Positions 61,781 to 64,000 of a stretch of DNA of 64,000 bases are shown here, in pieces (positions within the stretch are counted from its first letter, which is position 1; every line of letters starts with the position of its first letter). Source of the DNA: Podarcis vaucheri (Eukaryota); assembly GCA_965113315.1 (NCBI GenBank), contig OZ220363.1. One strand, given 5' to 3'. The translations under genes were made by a program, and so were the position numbers. Under the pieces are notes generated by a model, which was not told the origin of the DNA, did not search any database, and saw only the letters and a program-made list of their open reading frames with translations.

Positions 61781-62084
61781 CAGAGGTTTTCAACCTTTTT
61801 GAGTCCACGGCTCCCTTAACCAACTACATTCTTTCTGCGGCAACCCTTTGGGACTCAGGAACCCAGTTGTGTCACCTCTTGCCTGCAGAGCTGGCAGCCT
61901 ATCACCCTTTGAAAAACACCCTCCCTAGCTGAGGCCTCCTCTCTTCTCCTTTGGGAGGCAGAGATGTGAGAGGGCATCAGAGGAGGGAGAAGGAAAGAGA
62001 GACAGAGACCAGTATTGCTGTGGCACCCCTGATCATCATTCAAGGCATCCCAGGGTGCCACGGTACATTGGTTGAAAACCACAG
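61781..62084. mobile_element. hAT MITE (deletion derivative of the 8446 family)
   Basis: Shares both ends with 8446-8926 but lacks about 180 bp internally. Confidence 0.8.
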
Positions 62085-62307
62085 CAGTAGTGGCTTCAGA
62101 TGAGTTTCCGTCTTGGAAAACAACAAACTCCACAGGCAGCACTCAGCTAGCCACAACGAATCTCAAGTGTGCCAGAGGAGCCGGTACAGTTGAGGGAAAC
62201 CATACTGCTTCCTTTGTGCCATTGGCATTGCTGCCACTTACTGTAGAGTTGCCATATTTTGAAGAGCAAAAAAGAGAATGCATTTGCTGACTTCTACTTT
62301 TAACTAT

Positions 62308-62647
62308 GGGACGCGGGTGGCACTGTGGTATAAACCACAGAGCCTAGGGCTTGCTGATCAGAAGGTCGGCGGTTCAAATCCCCGTGACGGGGTGAGCTCC
62401 CGTTGCTTGGTCTCTAGCAGTTCGAAAGCACATCAAAGTGCAAGTAGGTACCGCTCCAGCGGGAAGGTAAACGGCGTTTCTGTGTGCTGCTCTGGTTCGC
62501 CAGAAGCGGCTTAGTTATGCTGGCCACATGACCTGGAAGCTGTTTGCGGACAAACGCCGGCTCCCTCAGCCTATAGAGCGAGATGAGTGCCGCAACCCCA
62601 GCATCGTCCGCGACTGGACCTAATGGTCATGGGTACCTTTACCTTTT
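62308..62647 (+). mobile_element. Sauria SINE
   Basis: Homologous to 7881; TSD TACTTTTAACTAT(GG). Confidence 0.92.
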
Positions 62648-63911
62648 TACTTTTAACTATGGATCATTATGACAACTCTCATTTTGCACACCCATGACAA
62701 AGAGGACACATGGCAACCCTAAGTCTTCCTGGCACTGTGTGGAGGTGGGACAGGGCAGCAGTAAAGTCAGGGCTGTGTGGGCACAATGATGGGAATGCCT
62801 GCTGGCCTCCACTGATGTGCCCAACTTCTCTGTCCCCCTGCCCTCCCCCACCCTAGTATGGGGCAGCATTGCTCCTTTCAGGAGGTTGGCACTGCACCAC
62901 CATGCCTGCCACTCCTTTCCATGCTCAGATCTTTTCTATTCAATAAGCTATGCACCTGCACAACCCCCAATGTATGTCCTCTGCATTTGTTCCAGTCTCC
63001 CTACAAGGGACCAGGCAAGCCCCTCTCCCAGCCCTTACTTACAAAGGAACGGGAAGAGGTTGTGCTCCCTTTTGAAAGAGGCAACTTTAAGGGGGAATCA
63101 TTTACCATTCATTGAGCCACCCACCCACACATCCCAGCTTGGGATACCATACTTCCACTATTGCAAGGAATTGCCCTGTGCTAAAAGCTGGCAACATACC
63201 AGTAACATTGGAGCACCTCCAAATCTCTTGTAACAGTCAACCGTTGTTTGCCAAGGTTTTATTCATAACATTTCAGATGGCCAATTGTTTTACTCAGGGA
63301 ATTTGCTTACAATTTGAAAGTTAAGGGATTTAGGGGCCAAATAATGGACGTAGTGTCAGTCATCCTGCCTGTGCGCTAAGCACTGTTCGCTATCACGTCT
63401 TGGATTACGTATAGGAAAGAACAGGCATATTGCGGTGATTTTCACACTTGGATGGAAATAAACTGGTCTGAAGGAAGCATCTTCTCCTTTTCATCTATAT
63501 TTAGGTATGCAACAGACTTCTGTGGCAATTAAAAAAAAAAATTGATACAGCATCCAAAATAGAACCTTCCTTGGTTAGCACTGAAATGTGTTTTTGAGTC
63601 ATTATTTATAAACCTAAGCTGTAATTTTCGGCGACTCGTAAGGGATTTAATATTTATCCATGTTTCCATATTTGCTGAAAGTTTTCACTGAAGCTCTGAA
63701 TATTCTAATCAAAATAAACTCCCAACCTCGTAAAACAACAAACCTAAATTGCCCGGTGCTTGTTAATTTGAAGTTCATGAGCTGAAACTAGTGCACAGCT
63801 GTGCAAATCCTGTTACGTTTAAATAATGTTGCAATGTGTTGAAAATGGTCACTTTCCTAGGGCATTCTTCTCTACTTCCTAAATGGAATTTTGTGTGAGA
63901 AGGAGGGACGT

Positions 63912-63912
<1 letters not shown>

Positions 63913-63974
<62 letters not shown>
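63913..63974. repeat. compound microsatellite (GT)15(GA)16
   Basis: Direct reading. Confidence 0.95.
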
Positions 63975-63976
<2 letters not shown>

Positions 63977-64000
63977 ACAACTGCACATCTTTTCTGAGTG

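Overview
This is vertebrate nuclear DNA from a squamate, most likely a lacertid lizard, judging by the Sauria SINE, BovB, tRNA-Lys/CR1-tailed SINE and Penelope repeat content. The whole window appears to lie inside the forkhead gene FOXN3 (CHES1) on the + strand. Only two coding exons are present: 5720-5856 (137 nt, [29 protein letters not shown]...) and 36996-37060 (65 nt, [22 protein letters not shown]), which join in frame across a 31.1-kb intron. The remainder is intronic and rich in mobile elements: CR1, BovB, L1, L2 and an unclassified LINE, several SINE families, TcMar and hAT MITEs, a probable solo LTR and Penelope remnants, many with visible target-site duplications (TSDs). Almost all ORFs in the supplied track are spurious or TE-derived. 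Highlights: (1) two minimal Penelope-type hammerhead ribozyme motifs in the sense strand of the same FOXN3 intron (11063-11100, 23199-23236); (2) a dense cluster of RFX X-box motifs about 1.6 kb downstream of the forkhead exon (7403-7573); (3) a Tc2-like MITE family whose internal hairpins show compensatory changes. No prokaryotic features (operons, CRISPR arrays, rRNA) were seen. Repeat family names are from recognition, not database searches, and boundaries of old elements are approximate.
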